Origin: a virus
Taxonomy: Duplodnaviria; Caudoviricetes
DNA length: 53,295 nucleotides
Direction: 5' to 3' (one strand)
Virus record (IMG/VR): IMGVR_UViG_3300033076_000662
Location: 1-53,295 of that record
Below the pieces are notes generated by a model. That model was given only the letters and a program-made list of their open reading frames with translations. It was not told the origin of the DNA and did not search any database. Positions 45,262-53,295 of this stretch are shown piece after piece. The position numbers and the translations under genes were made by a program. Within the stretch, counting starts at the first letter, position 1. The number at the start of each line of letters is the position of its first letter.

Positions 45262-46663
45262 AAGAACACTCCTTCAATTGTGCGAGACCGCCACGGGCAT
45301 AATTACTGTACATTGGGTTTTCATCCGAGTGGATGATCAGCTGATCGATGGGGCGATCATAACTGTCCGCCGGGTATGTTGCTCGGCGTTCTTCCGGCGA
45401 CATCTTCATACGGGCCTGCACTGCGCGGGCCTCCGCTTCCCCGGCCAATCGGGCATAATTCTCAACCGGGTCGTCGGCCACCATACGATCGATCATCGGG
45501 TGCTCAGCCAGGTCCCAAGCGGCAGGATCTGGACTGCGACCGTAGGTACTCTTAAACCACCGACTGATGGTCATCCGGTCCGTCCCTTGGGCCAGCTCGT
45601 CCGCGATGGTTTTGGCGTCACCAATCAGTGGGGTCGGGAACATCCCCGGATTGCCGCCACGGCCGAAACCCTCGCGGGCTTGGATAGCATGTTGTAGCTC
45701 ATGCAGCGTGGTAGATTTATCCGAGCTAAATGTCGGGATCGACTGTATGTTTATTTGCTCCACTCTAGTGGGGTCCGCGCGCATGTAGGCCCCTCGGGAG
45801 GTCATCATGGGGTCCACCCTGGTGTGCATCCTATATAGATCGGGGTACGCCCGGCCGAGGTCTCCGTGTGCCAGGTAGGAGCTTACTGGACCGGAAACTC
45901 GATTGCGCATATAAGACATCAAGTCAGACAGACCTGACCGGTCGTTGGACAATTTCAGCGCCAATTCTTTGTTCCCGGACAAGGCGGCATCAATGATGGC
46001 CTCTCCGGTGGTAGCATATTCGTCTTTCAGCTGTTTTAGCGTTTTCTCAGCATATGGGGCAGTGGCCCACACACGCCTTATTTCGTCGGAGCCGCTGGCC
46101 CTATTGAGCGCGTTAATATACGCATCACGGGGTGTATAGAAATAGTCGCGGATGCGGGCCTTGCTGTCATCTATCTCTTGCCTCAGTATTCCCTCCGGCC
46201 CGCGCCAAGTACCGGTTTCCCGCCAAATATCTCGGGGATCTATGCCTGCTGTTTCCATTTCTGCGGCACGCTGCGCAGCGGCGGCATCCCAGGTCTTGGA
46301 CTTCGGGCCGACGAAAACACCCGCCTGACGGCTCAGAGCACCCTCGACGTTCCTGGGGGCGGCGGATAGCGTAGCGCCTTTAGACGCTTTCAACGCGGAC
46401 AGACCACCCATTATGGGTGCAACCTGCAATGCAGTACCGGCTGCGAATGCCGGTTCGGCTGCGCGCATGATGGCGACCCTTTGTGGATGCAGTGCGCTGA
46501 CTCCCAATTGGTCGGGTGTTTCGCCTAGGAAAGACCGCAGAGCAGCCATACCGACCGGCACGGGAGACTCGTTGATGTTCGTCGTCAGCTCCGGATTGAG
46601 CGCCCCTCCAGGCAGCGCATCACCCAGATATTTCTTGAATTCCGACCAGATACTAGGCTGCAT
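45251..46663 (-). CDS. polyvalent-type protein with LPD23-like and zincin metallopeptidase domains
   Basis: G..P..IW.ETG..RG..G..R.EI.D; HELQHAIQ..EGF..GG (HExxH); Y..LAGEAEAR.VQ.R; start trimmed to MQPSIW. Confidence 0.7.
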   Translation of the reverse strand: MQPSIWSEFKKYLGDALPGGALNPELTTNINESPVPVGMAALRSFLGETPDQLGVSALHPQRVAIMRAAEPAFAAGTALQVAPIMGGLSALKASKGATLSAAPRNVEGALSRQAGVFVGPKSKTWDAAAAQRAAEMETAGIDPRDIWRETGTWRGPEGILRQEIDDSKARIRDYFYTPRDAYINALNRASGSDEIRRVWATAPYAEKTLKQLKDEYATTGEAIIDAALSGNKELALKLSNDRSGLSDLMSYMRNRVSGPVSSYLAHGDLGRAYPDLYRMHTRVDPMMTSRGAYMRADPTRVEQINIQSIPTFSSDKSTTLHELQHAIQAREGFGRGGNPGMFPTPLIGDAKTIADELAQGTDRMTISRWFKSTYGRSPDPAAWDLAEHPMIDRMVADDPVENYARLAGEAEARAVQARMKMSPEERRATYPADSYDRPIDQLIIHSDENPMYSNYARGGLAQLKECSCGR

Positions 46664-48224
46664 AGGGGTTGCCTGCTTTCTTTCTATATTCCCGTGGTTC
46701 GATGATCTCGGCCGCCTGCGGCAGTTCAAACCAGCCTTCGTTCTTGAGATAGATGACAGCCTGAGTAAAGGTGTCCACGTAGTCGTCGTGCTCATCGACC
46801 GGGAATTTAGCCACTTGGCGCATGAACTTCGATGCCCAGCTGACAGTCTGGCCCGGGTTCTTGGTCGATTCCGGCACCCAAATCAATCCGAGTTCTAAGG
46901 TCGGTGCGGTTTGGTGCGCTCGCGATACTTTATCCGCGTTGCCCGGATTGTACCCGATCGCCGGGACTTTTGCCAAGTGTAGGTCTTGTAGCAGGGACTG
47001 CCCCGATGCTTTCGCTTCAACCAAGATGCGGTCTGGCCGTCGGGCGCGTACAAACGGCTTATCCTTCGACCCGCCACCGTACTCGGTTGTCCAGTCATCA
47101 ATAGCGCGCCGGCGCAGGTCTGGGTAACTCAGGTGCTCATCCCAGGCATCGATCAGCATCAATTGGCGTTCGTTCTTTAATGTAAACACGCCCCAGACGG
47201 TGCAAGCTGTCGGGTCCCCACTGCTCTTCTCGGTAAATGCACAATCGTACGACTGCAAAATGTACTCGAACTGTGGCAGCCCCGAATCCTTGGGCCACAA
47301 ATTGATGTATTTGGTCTTTAGGATACCGCCGCCGCTCGGGGTCGGGTCCTGCTGCAGCTGCCCCGACGACTGGTAGGTGCCCAACAACTGCTTCAGTCGG
47401 GTTATTTCCTCCTCACCAAATCGGTCGGGACAGATCAGCTCGCCGTCTTTGGTGCGTGGGTCGTAACGGCCGCGCGACGTGGTTCGGATCTTCCCGTCGT
47501 ATTCTGCCGGGATGCAGATGTGCTCCCATCCACCAATATCCTCTAGGATATGGCCTGAGATGTCCTTCTGGTGCAGTCGCTGCATAACCGTCACCATCGC
47601 GTCGGTCTTGGGGTTATTCAGTCGGGTGCTCCACACCGCGTCAAACCACTCCAAGGTCGATTCCCGCATTGTGTCGGACTGCGCGTCCTGGGCACCGTGC
47701 GGGTCATCCAGAATCAACCGTGAGCCGCCTTCACCGGTGGCTGTGCCGCCGACCGAAGTCGCCAGCCGATAGCCTGTCCGGTTGTTTTCGAACCGCTTTT
47801 TCTCGTTCTGGTCGCCAGTAAGGCTGAAAATGTCGGACCACCGCTCTTGGTACCAAGGGGACTGCAGCAGTCGGCGGGCTTTAAGATTGTCTCGAATCGA
47901 AAGGCTGCCCGAATATGATGCGGCCAGGAATTTTTGCTCCGGCGCATGTAACCACTCCCAGCAGCACCAGCCGACAGAAACAATCGTAGACTTCGAATGT
48001 CGCGGCGGGATGTTGATAAGCAAGCGGGAAATCTCACCACGGGAGACGGCCTCCAGATGTTCACAGATGACCTGGATATGCCAGGACGGGACAAATTCCA
48101 CGCCCGGCTCCATGTGCGGCCATGCTTGCCGGATGAACTCATAAAGTGATGACTCGGCTAGTCGCCGGGATCTCTCCCGACGAACCATGTCCATCATAAC
48201 TACGGGAGAAAAGGCGCTGGCCAT
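46653..48224 (-). CDS. terL: terminase large subunit
   Basis: LLINIPPRHSKS Walker A, ILDDPH Walker B, MQRLH, QSYD.A and HDDYVD motifs. Confidence 0.92.
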   Translation of the reverse strand: MASAFSPVVMMDMVRRERSRRLAESSLYEFIRQAWPHMEPGVEFVPSWHIQVICEHLEAVSRGEISRLLINIPPRHSKSTIVSVGWCCWEWLHAPEQKFLAASYSGSLSIRDNLKARRLLQSPWYQERWSDIFSLTGDQNEKKRFENNRTGYRLATSVGGTATGEGGSRLILDDPHGAQDAQSDTMRESTLEWFDAVWSTRLNNPKTDAMVTVMQRLHQKDISGHILEDIGGWEHICIPAEYDGKIRTTSRGRYDPRTKDGELICPDRFGEEEITRLKQLLGTYQSSGQLQQDPTPSGGGILKTKYINLWPKDSGLPQFEYILQSYDCAFTEKSSGDPTACTVWGVFTLKNERQLMLIDAWDEHLSYPDLRRRAIDDWTTEYGGGSKDKPFVRARRPDRILVEAKASGQSLLQDLHLAKVPAIGYNPGNADKVSRAHQTAPTLELGLIWVPESTKNPGQTVSWASKFMRQVAKFPVDEHDDYVDTFTQAVIYLKNEGWFELPQAAEIIEPREYRKKAGNPYAA

Positions 48225-48245
48225 TCCGTTATCACCTTTATCATC

Positions 48246-48788
48246 TCAGCTGTCACTGGTGGGCTTGGTCGCAGCGGCTTTCATCATCAATTTCTCAACC
48301 ACTGCCAACTCTTCGTCGGTGAGGTTCTTGAGATCGAGCGACGAGATTTGAAGCGGTGAACCGTCCGGGCCGGACACTTCACTGGTGATTTTTTCCCCGT
48401 ACTGTTTGGGTGCGACGCAGCGGGCGCGCCACCGGTAGTGGCTGGCCAGCTCCTTCGCACGCATGAGCGACATTTTGTCTTCCGCTGTATTGAGTTTGTG
48501 CTCGGCCAGCTCATCCCAGAGGATTGCGGCGTGTGCGCGCGCCTCACGCGTGCGAGTCTGCCGTTCGGGTGACTTAGATACCCAGTATACGACCGCTGAT
48601 GGGTGCACGCCGAGCTTTGCCGCTATCACGGCCATCGATTCCCCGCCCATGATGTCTTGGCACACCGCATCGAGCCCGTACTGGTCGATTTTATACTGCG
48701 CATCCCACTGATTTTTGGGGGTCTTGAGTTCCTTCTCAGTGGGCGGTGCCTTGGGCTTCGGGGAGTAATACCTGCTGTGGTCTATCAT
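48246..48788 (-). CDS. terS: terminase small subunit
   Basis: HTH (G.S...IA..LGV...V..W), AR...A...E and W.A....PK.YG.K motifs; upstream of terL. Confidence 0.75.
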   Translation of the reverse strand: MIDHSRYYSPKPKAPPTEKELKTPKNQWDAQYKIDQYGLDAVCQDIMGGESMAVIAAKLGVHPSAVVYWVSKSPERQTRTREARAHAAILWDELAEHKLNTAEDKMSLMRAKELASHYRWRARCVAPKQYGEKITSEVSGPDGSPLQISSLDLKNLTDEELAVVEKLMMKAAATKPTSDS

Positions 48789-49094
48789 GATACTTAGTCC
48801 TCATTCGGATGTGCGCGATAGTGCGCTACCGGATCTGCGACGTGCAGCCACCGGGGGCTTCTTTAAATGCTTGAATTCTACCACGGGTATTTCTGGGACA
48901 CAACGACCGCGTATCTGAATAGTGCGGATACTGGGCAGATACAGGTATATACCGGAAACCCTTGGTCGGTGTTGCGCCGCAGCAAGAACTGTTTCGAGTT
49001 TGTAACAAAGTGTAACAAGCCGGAAGTGGTGTGCGCTAGCCACTGGCTGTTTTAGAAGGGCAGGCAGCTGGGCACGCGGCACTCCTGGGGCGCA

Positions 49095-49613
49095 CCGATG
49101 TGTCTCCGAGCCTTTTCTTGGGGTCTTCCTTGCGCTCTGACGATATCTGAGCTATATTAGTAGCTTCTCGGGCTTCCGACGCAAGGAAGACGCCTTCTCG
49201 CGTCTTTTTCACGCTTACACGGGGGAATTCTAGGTTTGACCATAGGTGCCGAAAAAGAAAAGTCCGCCGTCTGAACAGCTTCTCCGATCTTGTATCCGCC
49301 CCTATTCGTTAACGGATACAGTGCCGGATACAGGCTTTTTCGAATGGAAGAAGGGTTTCTGTATCCGTTGTATCCGCTGTATCCGTATATATATACTATA
49401 TTTGTCGCAAGTTTGCGACAGAAACGAGCCTCGCACGGGCGTGGAACAACGGATACAGATCCCCCTCGGAATCTGCTCTCTCGAATGGAAAAGGGGGTTT
49501 CTTGTCTGTATCCGGCTCTGTTCCATCATGCCGGATACAACGGATACAGAAGGCGGTTTCTGAATCCCTCTGCAGGTACGATCACCCATGTGCAGAGACC
49601 CGGCGTTGCACCG
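49095..49613 (-). repeat. non-coding iteron/hairpin element, copy 2 (inverted paralog of about 16852-17317)
   Basis: Reverse complement aligns with copy 1: TGTATCCG x3 at about 49360-49386, TGTCGCAA-GT-TTGCGACA at 49403-49420, hairpin at 49123-49191. Confidence 0.85.
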
Positions 49614-49622
49614 AGTCCTTAC

Positions 49623-49651
49623 AGTATATCACACCGCCAGTATTGCCGCAA
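49623..49651 (-). promoter_or_regulatory. leftward sigma70-like promoter pointing into element copy 2
   Basis: TTGCGG-N17-TATACT with an extended TG, followed by GGTGCAACGCC as in copy 1. Confidence 0.6.
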
Positions 49652-50060
49652 TAATTTCCGGTGCCTTCGCTTTTTTCGACACCGTCATCACCCCCTGCGG
49701 TATCGCGGCTTTCATCATACCATCCACTTGCCCGGCCAGCCGCCCAGGTATGACCAGCACTTCACTGGTGTCGGTCTCTACCAGGTAGATGGATTTCCCG
49801 CCTGCCTTCAGATACCTTTCGTGCCACGCCGCTTGGTGTGGTTTGTAGGCTGGCACTCGTAGTGTTCCTTGGGTTGACCATTGCGCCGACTTCAGCTCGA
49901 CCCATATCGCCCGTGATATACCGTCGGCACCCATGAACACCCCGTGCAAATCCGGTGTGCCCATCCCCACTCGATTCTCGATGCGTTCCAGGTAGCAGTT
50001 TTTGCCTATTGCTCGTCGCAGCCACCCCCAAAACGCCTGTTCCGGTTTTTTACTCATCAT
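49629..50060 (-). CDS. PD-(D/E)XK nuclease (VRR-NUC / Holliday junction resolvase-like)
   Basis: E..FW, RIEN...GTPD, WVELK and Q.AW......GG motifs. Confidence 0.8.
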   Translation of the reverse strand: MMSKKPEQAFWGWLRRAIGKNCYLERIENRVGMGTPDLHGVFMGADGISRAIWVELKSAQWSTQGTLRVPAYKPHQAAWHERYLKAGGKSIYLVETDTSEVLVIPGRLAGQVDGMMKAAIPQGVMTVSKKAKAPEIIAAILAV

Positions 50061-50092
50061 GTTCCTTTCGTATGTTTGACGGATATCCTACT

Positions 50093-50641
50093 TCATGCAG
50101 CCTTGTATAGGATATGATTATCATTTTTATCATCTTTCGGACTTCGTAGGGCTTCCGGGATCGGGGGCATTTTGATCACCTTTTTTGGGTCTCGGATCTG
50201 TGCCTTTGCCCTATCAATCCCCCGTTGCATGTCAGCCACCGTGATCACCTCCATCTGTGCGTCGTGCAGCTCCATCAACCGGTTGAGCATCCCGATTTCT
50301 TCCCCGGTGGGGGTGTACCGTAGGATCTCCGTTGCCCGATATGCGATTTTAAGCAGCGCGTATCGACCATCAACTGCGACACCTGCGTACTCCGATCCAA
50401 ACCCCATCTGCTGCAACGACTCCACGATGTTGGACATAGCAACGAGTGCCGAGATGTCCTTTGCCGTGGCTGTGCCTTGCAGCAATGCGGCCATCGCCCC
50501 ATGGTTGGCTATCTTCAGATCCAGCAGGTAGGTGTCGTGCTGGTCCAGTGGCTTGAATCCCTCTTTCACCCAACTCACCGTGTCCAGTATCAGCCCAGTC
50601 TTCGGGCGGTATTTTTTGCGCGGCTTGGTGGATTTAGGCAT
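50093..50641 (-). CDS. hypothetical phage protein
   Basis: Start MPKSTKPRKKYRPK; conserved-looking H.A...L..G.AT..D and L..LHD.Q patterns. Confidence 0.65.
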   Translation of the reverse strand: MPKSTKPRKKYRPKTGLILDTVSWVKEGFKPLDQHDTYLLDLKIANHGAMAALLQGTATAKDISALVAMSNIVESLQQMGFGSEYAGVAVDGRYALLKIAYRATEILRYTPTGEEIGMLNRLMELHDAQMEVITVADMQRGIDRAKAQIRDPKKVIKMPPIPEALRSPKDDKNDNHILYKAA

Positions 50642-50900
50642 GGCGGATCTTTTCCTCTTGTGTTTTGATATATTCCTCACCGCTTCCGGCCCTTCGGCAG
50701 CCGGCGCAGGCCGAATCGGTTAACGATCGGTCGTAACGGCATTCGCGGGAAAATCGGTTGGGCCAGGTCGCGGTACCACGCCAGCCCTCTACCACGCAGA
50801 TATCGCGGTAGGGCGGCCGGTTCCAGCAACCATAACGGTGCTCGGCATCACGCACCCCGTGTTTGTGTACCGGGTGTTCAATCACTGGCATTTTATCCAA
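50634..50900 (-). CDS. small Cys-rich protein
   Basis: YGCWNR...S.ECRYD...D..C.GC. Confidence 0.6.
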   Translation of the reverse strand: MDKMPVIEHPVHKHGVRDAEHRYGCWNRPPYRDICVVEGWRGTATWPNRFSRECRYDRSLTDSACAGCRRAGSGEEYIKTQEEKIRHA

Positions 50901-50997
50901 TCTCCTTTTGTGCCATAGTGTAGTAGTGCCACAAAGAATGCAGCGACGCAGATCGGAATGACCACATACAGGCCGATTGCTTCAATGACATCAGCAG

Positions 50998-51477
50998 TCA
51001 TAAGAGACCACTCCAGACGCCGGCCGTGGTGCCACGGGTGGCACGTTGCTTAGCATTTTTGTAGGCCCGGTTTTTCATGTTCCAATCACGGTTTATGGTA
51101 GCTTTTGGCTTTTTCCTCGGACGTCGTACATCACACTCTTCGCCCGTCACTTTGACTGCCCAGATGGGACCCAGTGCATTGCTGCTCCCCGGATGCCCCC
51201 ACCCAGAGATGTACAGGACCCCTGCTTGATGCAGATCATGGACCGTACGGTTCACAGTGTTTTTGTGACAACCGGTACCCAAATGAATATCCCACCCCAG
51301 CATCGGCCCTTCGGTATCAAGAAACCGGTAGATAATCAAACGGACTGGGGTCCAGCGGATCGAGTCATTTCGCTGCATTTTGCGCACCCGCCAATTGTTT
51401 TTCCAGATCTTGAACCAACTCCCGCAGTTGTCGGTTCTCCTCAATCGCCTCATCCCGTTCCCGCACCGCCGCTTCAT
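50998..51477 (-). CDS. winged-helix DNA-binding protein
   Basis: I...TGCH.NTV.R.V..L...G..YISGW; the true start is probably MQRND at about 51378. Confidence 0.55.
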   Translation of the reverse strand: MKRRCGNGMRRLRRTDNCGSWFKIWKNNWRVRKMQRNDSIRWTPVRLIIYRFLDTEGPMLGWDIHLGTGCHKNTVNRTVHDLHQAGVLYISGWGHPGSSNALGPIWAVKVTGEECDVRRPRKKPKATINRDWNMKNRAYKNAKQRATRGTTAGVWSGLL

Positions 51478-51673
51478 AATGTGCCTCCCAGTCCTTGTTC
51501 ACGGCGTCCAGAAATCGCAGTTCGCGGGCGCAGGCTACCTCAAATGCGTCCTCCGGGTCGCACTGGCTGGCGAGTTCCAACGCTTTTGGTTTATTCGCCA
51601 TCGCACGCCTCCATCGGGAATACCAGCGGCGCGTGCTGGTTGAGCAGCCGTTTGATTTCCAATGCGACCTCAC
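51365..51673 (-). CDS. coiled-coil hypothetical protein
   Basis: The true start is probably MANKPK at about 51601. Confidence 0.5.
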   Translation of the reverse strand: MRSHWKSNGCSTSTRRWYSRWRRAMANKPKALELASQCDPEDAFEVACARELRFLDAVNKDWEAHYEAAVRERDEAIEENRQLRELVQDLEKQLAGAQNAAK

Positions 51674-52184
51674 GCACCTCCCACTGTGCTTTCTTGGCTG
51701 TGCGGTTCGCCAGCAGGTCGTGCCACATCTGGAAGTTGCCGCATATCCGCAAAGACGTGGTGCAGCCTTGCGGCAGGATGTAGCGGGCGTCCTCTTTCTT
51801 CATGCCGTGCTGTATTGCATCAAAGTAGAGCGCCTCAGCCGTTCGCTGAACCTGTCCCCACGACTCCCGAAACCAGAACGGCATCGTTGTCAGTGCGGGC
51901 GGATCAATGAACTCGACCGCCGTTTCCTTCACATATCGCTGTGACCGCTGAAGGATGCCCGCGTGCGCCACCCTAACCAGTTGGTGTGACGCCACGCGAG
52001 AAATGCCGCTGATGTGGAAATCAGCATAAGCGAAACGAAGCGTGGCCAGGTGGCTGACGCTCATGCAATGTGCAGCGCGGCGCAGGCATGCATCGCGTTC
52101 GGTGCTGCTGTCGTAGCACTCGGCAGCAGCCGCACCGATGTAAGCCTCGGCGTCCGGCGTGATGAATTTCAGTTCGACTTGCAT
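51591..52184 (-). CDS. thyX: FAD-dependent thymidylate synthase (divergent motif)
   Basis: ISGISR..SHQLVR, Q.SQRYV, G..KEDARY.LP, T......N...W...R....AQWE.R motifs; start trimmed to MQVELKF. Confidence 0.8.
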   Translation of the reverse strand: MQVELKFITPDAEAYIGAAAAECYDSSTERDACLRRAAHCMSVSHLATLRFAYADFHISGISRVASHQLVRVAHAGILQRSQRYVKETAVEFIDPPALTTMPFWFRESWGQVQRTAEALYFDAIQHGMKKEDARYILPQGCTTSLRICGNFQMWHDLLANRTAKKAQWEVREVALEIKRLLNQHAPLVFPMEACDGE

Positions 52185-52338
52185 TCTTGCCTTCTTTCTT
52201 GATGATGTAGACGGAACACCGGCAGCGACGGCGACTGCATGATGTTCTGTTTCTCGGCGCTCATGGTGCCCCCCCGGCTGCTGTGGTAGGACTTCTTGAC
52301 CGACTTGAAGAAGGCGGTAAGGCTGTTGTCTTTCGGCT

Positions 52339-52521
52339 TCATGCTCCGCTCCTGATCGGGACGTATGTGCATCCGTTATCCTGGCTGCCAGAGCTGGAAA
52401 CACAGGGCGTGCGCTCGCCCCAGGTCTGGCCGGGCAGGCGGTCGAAGCGCAGGCACTGGCGGCAGTGCTCATCCGGGTGCAGCGGCTCGCAGCGGTGGAA
52501 GTCGAAGGGGAGAGTTGTCAT
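52339..52521 (-). CDS. small Cys-rich protein
   Basis: MT.LP.D..RC.P...C..C.R pattern, packed among small genes. Confidence 0.5.
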   Translation of the reverse strand: MTTLPFDFHRCEPLHPDEHCRQCLRFDRLPGQTWGERTPCVSSSGSQDNGCTYVPIRSGA

Positions 52522-52922
52522 TGCTTGTTGCTCATGTGAAAGATGATGCCGACCAGCGCGATGCAGCCGAGACCGCCAACGAGCGCAAGGAAAAGCAGGA
52601 GCCAGATCAGGGCTTCTGTCATGCTCCGCTCCTTGCGCGGATGGCCACAGCTGCTTCCATCAGCATGCTTCGCGCAGCAAGCGTAGAGCAGCGCCTCGAC
52701 TCTTCATAGCACACCTTCGCGCACGCCTCGTGAAACATGCTGATGATCTCGTCGCGGGTCATTTCAGTATCTCCCTTTCCAGCAGTTCAGATAACGCAGT
52801 CAATTCCTCCAGCAGATAGTCAGGAGTGTGCGCCCGTTGGTTGAGGTGCTGTATCCCGCTGTAAAGCATCAGGGATTCCATGCCTGAGAGCAGGCGCAGC
52901 AGGCGCAGCAGGTCTAACTTGC

Positions 52923-53279
52923 TCATGCCTCACCCCCGATCCCGTGTTCTCGTTCTGCGGCTTCCCAGCCATCCAGCCAAGCATCTCGCGTGCTGGGGTT
53001 GGCTTTGGGGTATGGGCACTGGCGTTCAGCCTCCTCCGTCAGCGGCTCGCGCTTGGGCTGCGGGTGGGTGTAGAGCGGCCTGGATTCATATTCCCAGTCG
53101 TCGATGACAGGCGCTTGCTTGTAGTCGTATGCCACTTCCTTGCTGCACTCCTGCCACGACCACCACTCGCCGTCTCGCATCCACTTGGTACGCATCCTGC
53201 GCTGCCACGCTACCGGCTCCTGCTCGACTCGCTGCTGCGACTGGTGACAATCTGTCACCGTTTGCGGCGGCTCCACCAC
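52923..53279 (-). CDS. hypothetical protein (EPVAW / PLY..P modules); may extend beyond the window end
   Basis: QEPVAW...PLYTHP..REPLT.E...ER.HGIG modules typical of variable phage early proteins. Confidence 0.55.
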   Translation of the reverse strand: MVEPPQTVTDCHQSQQRVEQEPVAWQRRMRTKWMRDGEWWSWQECSKEVAYDYKQAPVIDDWEYESRPLYTHPQPKREPLTEEAERQCPYPKANPSTRDAWLDGWEAAEREHGIGGEA

Positions 53280-53295
53280 TGGCGGCTGCGGTGCT

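Noticed and set aside
48801-49082. 93 aa ORF upstream of terS
   Set aside because: No clear RBS or motif; may be a late leader or pac region, and the evidence is insufficient for either call
1-53295. Prophage features, tRNA or rRNA genes, and terminal repeats
   Set aside because: No integrase, repressor, host genes or recognisable tRNA cloverleaf seen by eye; the window ends fall inside early genes and show no evident repeat

Overview
This window looks like a near-complete, circularly permuted genome of a lytic tailed phage with a podovirus-type virion. No integrase is visible, and a proteobacterial host is likely. Essentially all real genes lie on the minus strand. Reading in the direction of transcription, it has four parts: (i) small genes, ThyX and a PD-(D/E)XK nuclease (53.3-49.6 kb); (ii) a 31.5 kb morphogenesis and lysis module (48.8-17.3 kb) with terS, terL, two polyvalent-type proteins, portal, a GroES-like protein, scaffold, capsid, RcGTA-like head spikes, GH108 lysin and holin, tail proteins and four ejection proteins; (iii) replication genes (16.7-7.2 kb): AEP primase, SNF2 helicase, SSB-like proteins, UvrD helicase, HNH nuclease and a family A polymerase; (iv) a complete 2-aminoadenine (Z-genome) cluster purZ-mazZ-datZ followed by small early genes. 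The polymerase carries DpoZ-like substitutions. The most unusual unexplained feature is a pair of diverged, inverted, roughly 500 bp non-coding elements (about 16805-17317 and 49095-49651) that bracket the virion module. Each has an inward-facing sigma70-like promoter, CGGATACA iterons, an AT-rich core and a covarying hairpin whose 6-bp centre is flipped between the copies. A shared [FYL]AxGG peptide motif links the ejection proteins to the two polyvalent proteins. All family assignments are by motif recognition only; no searches were run.
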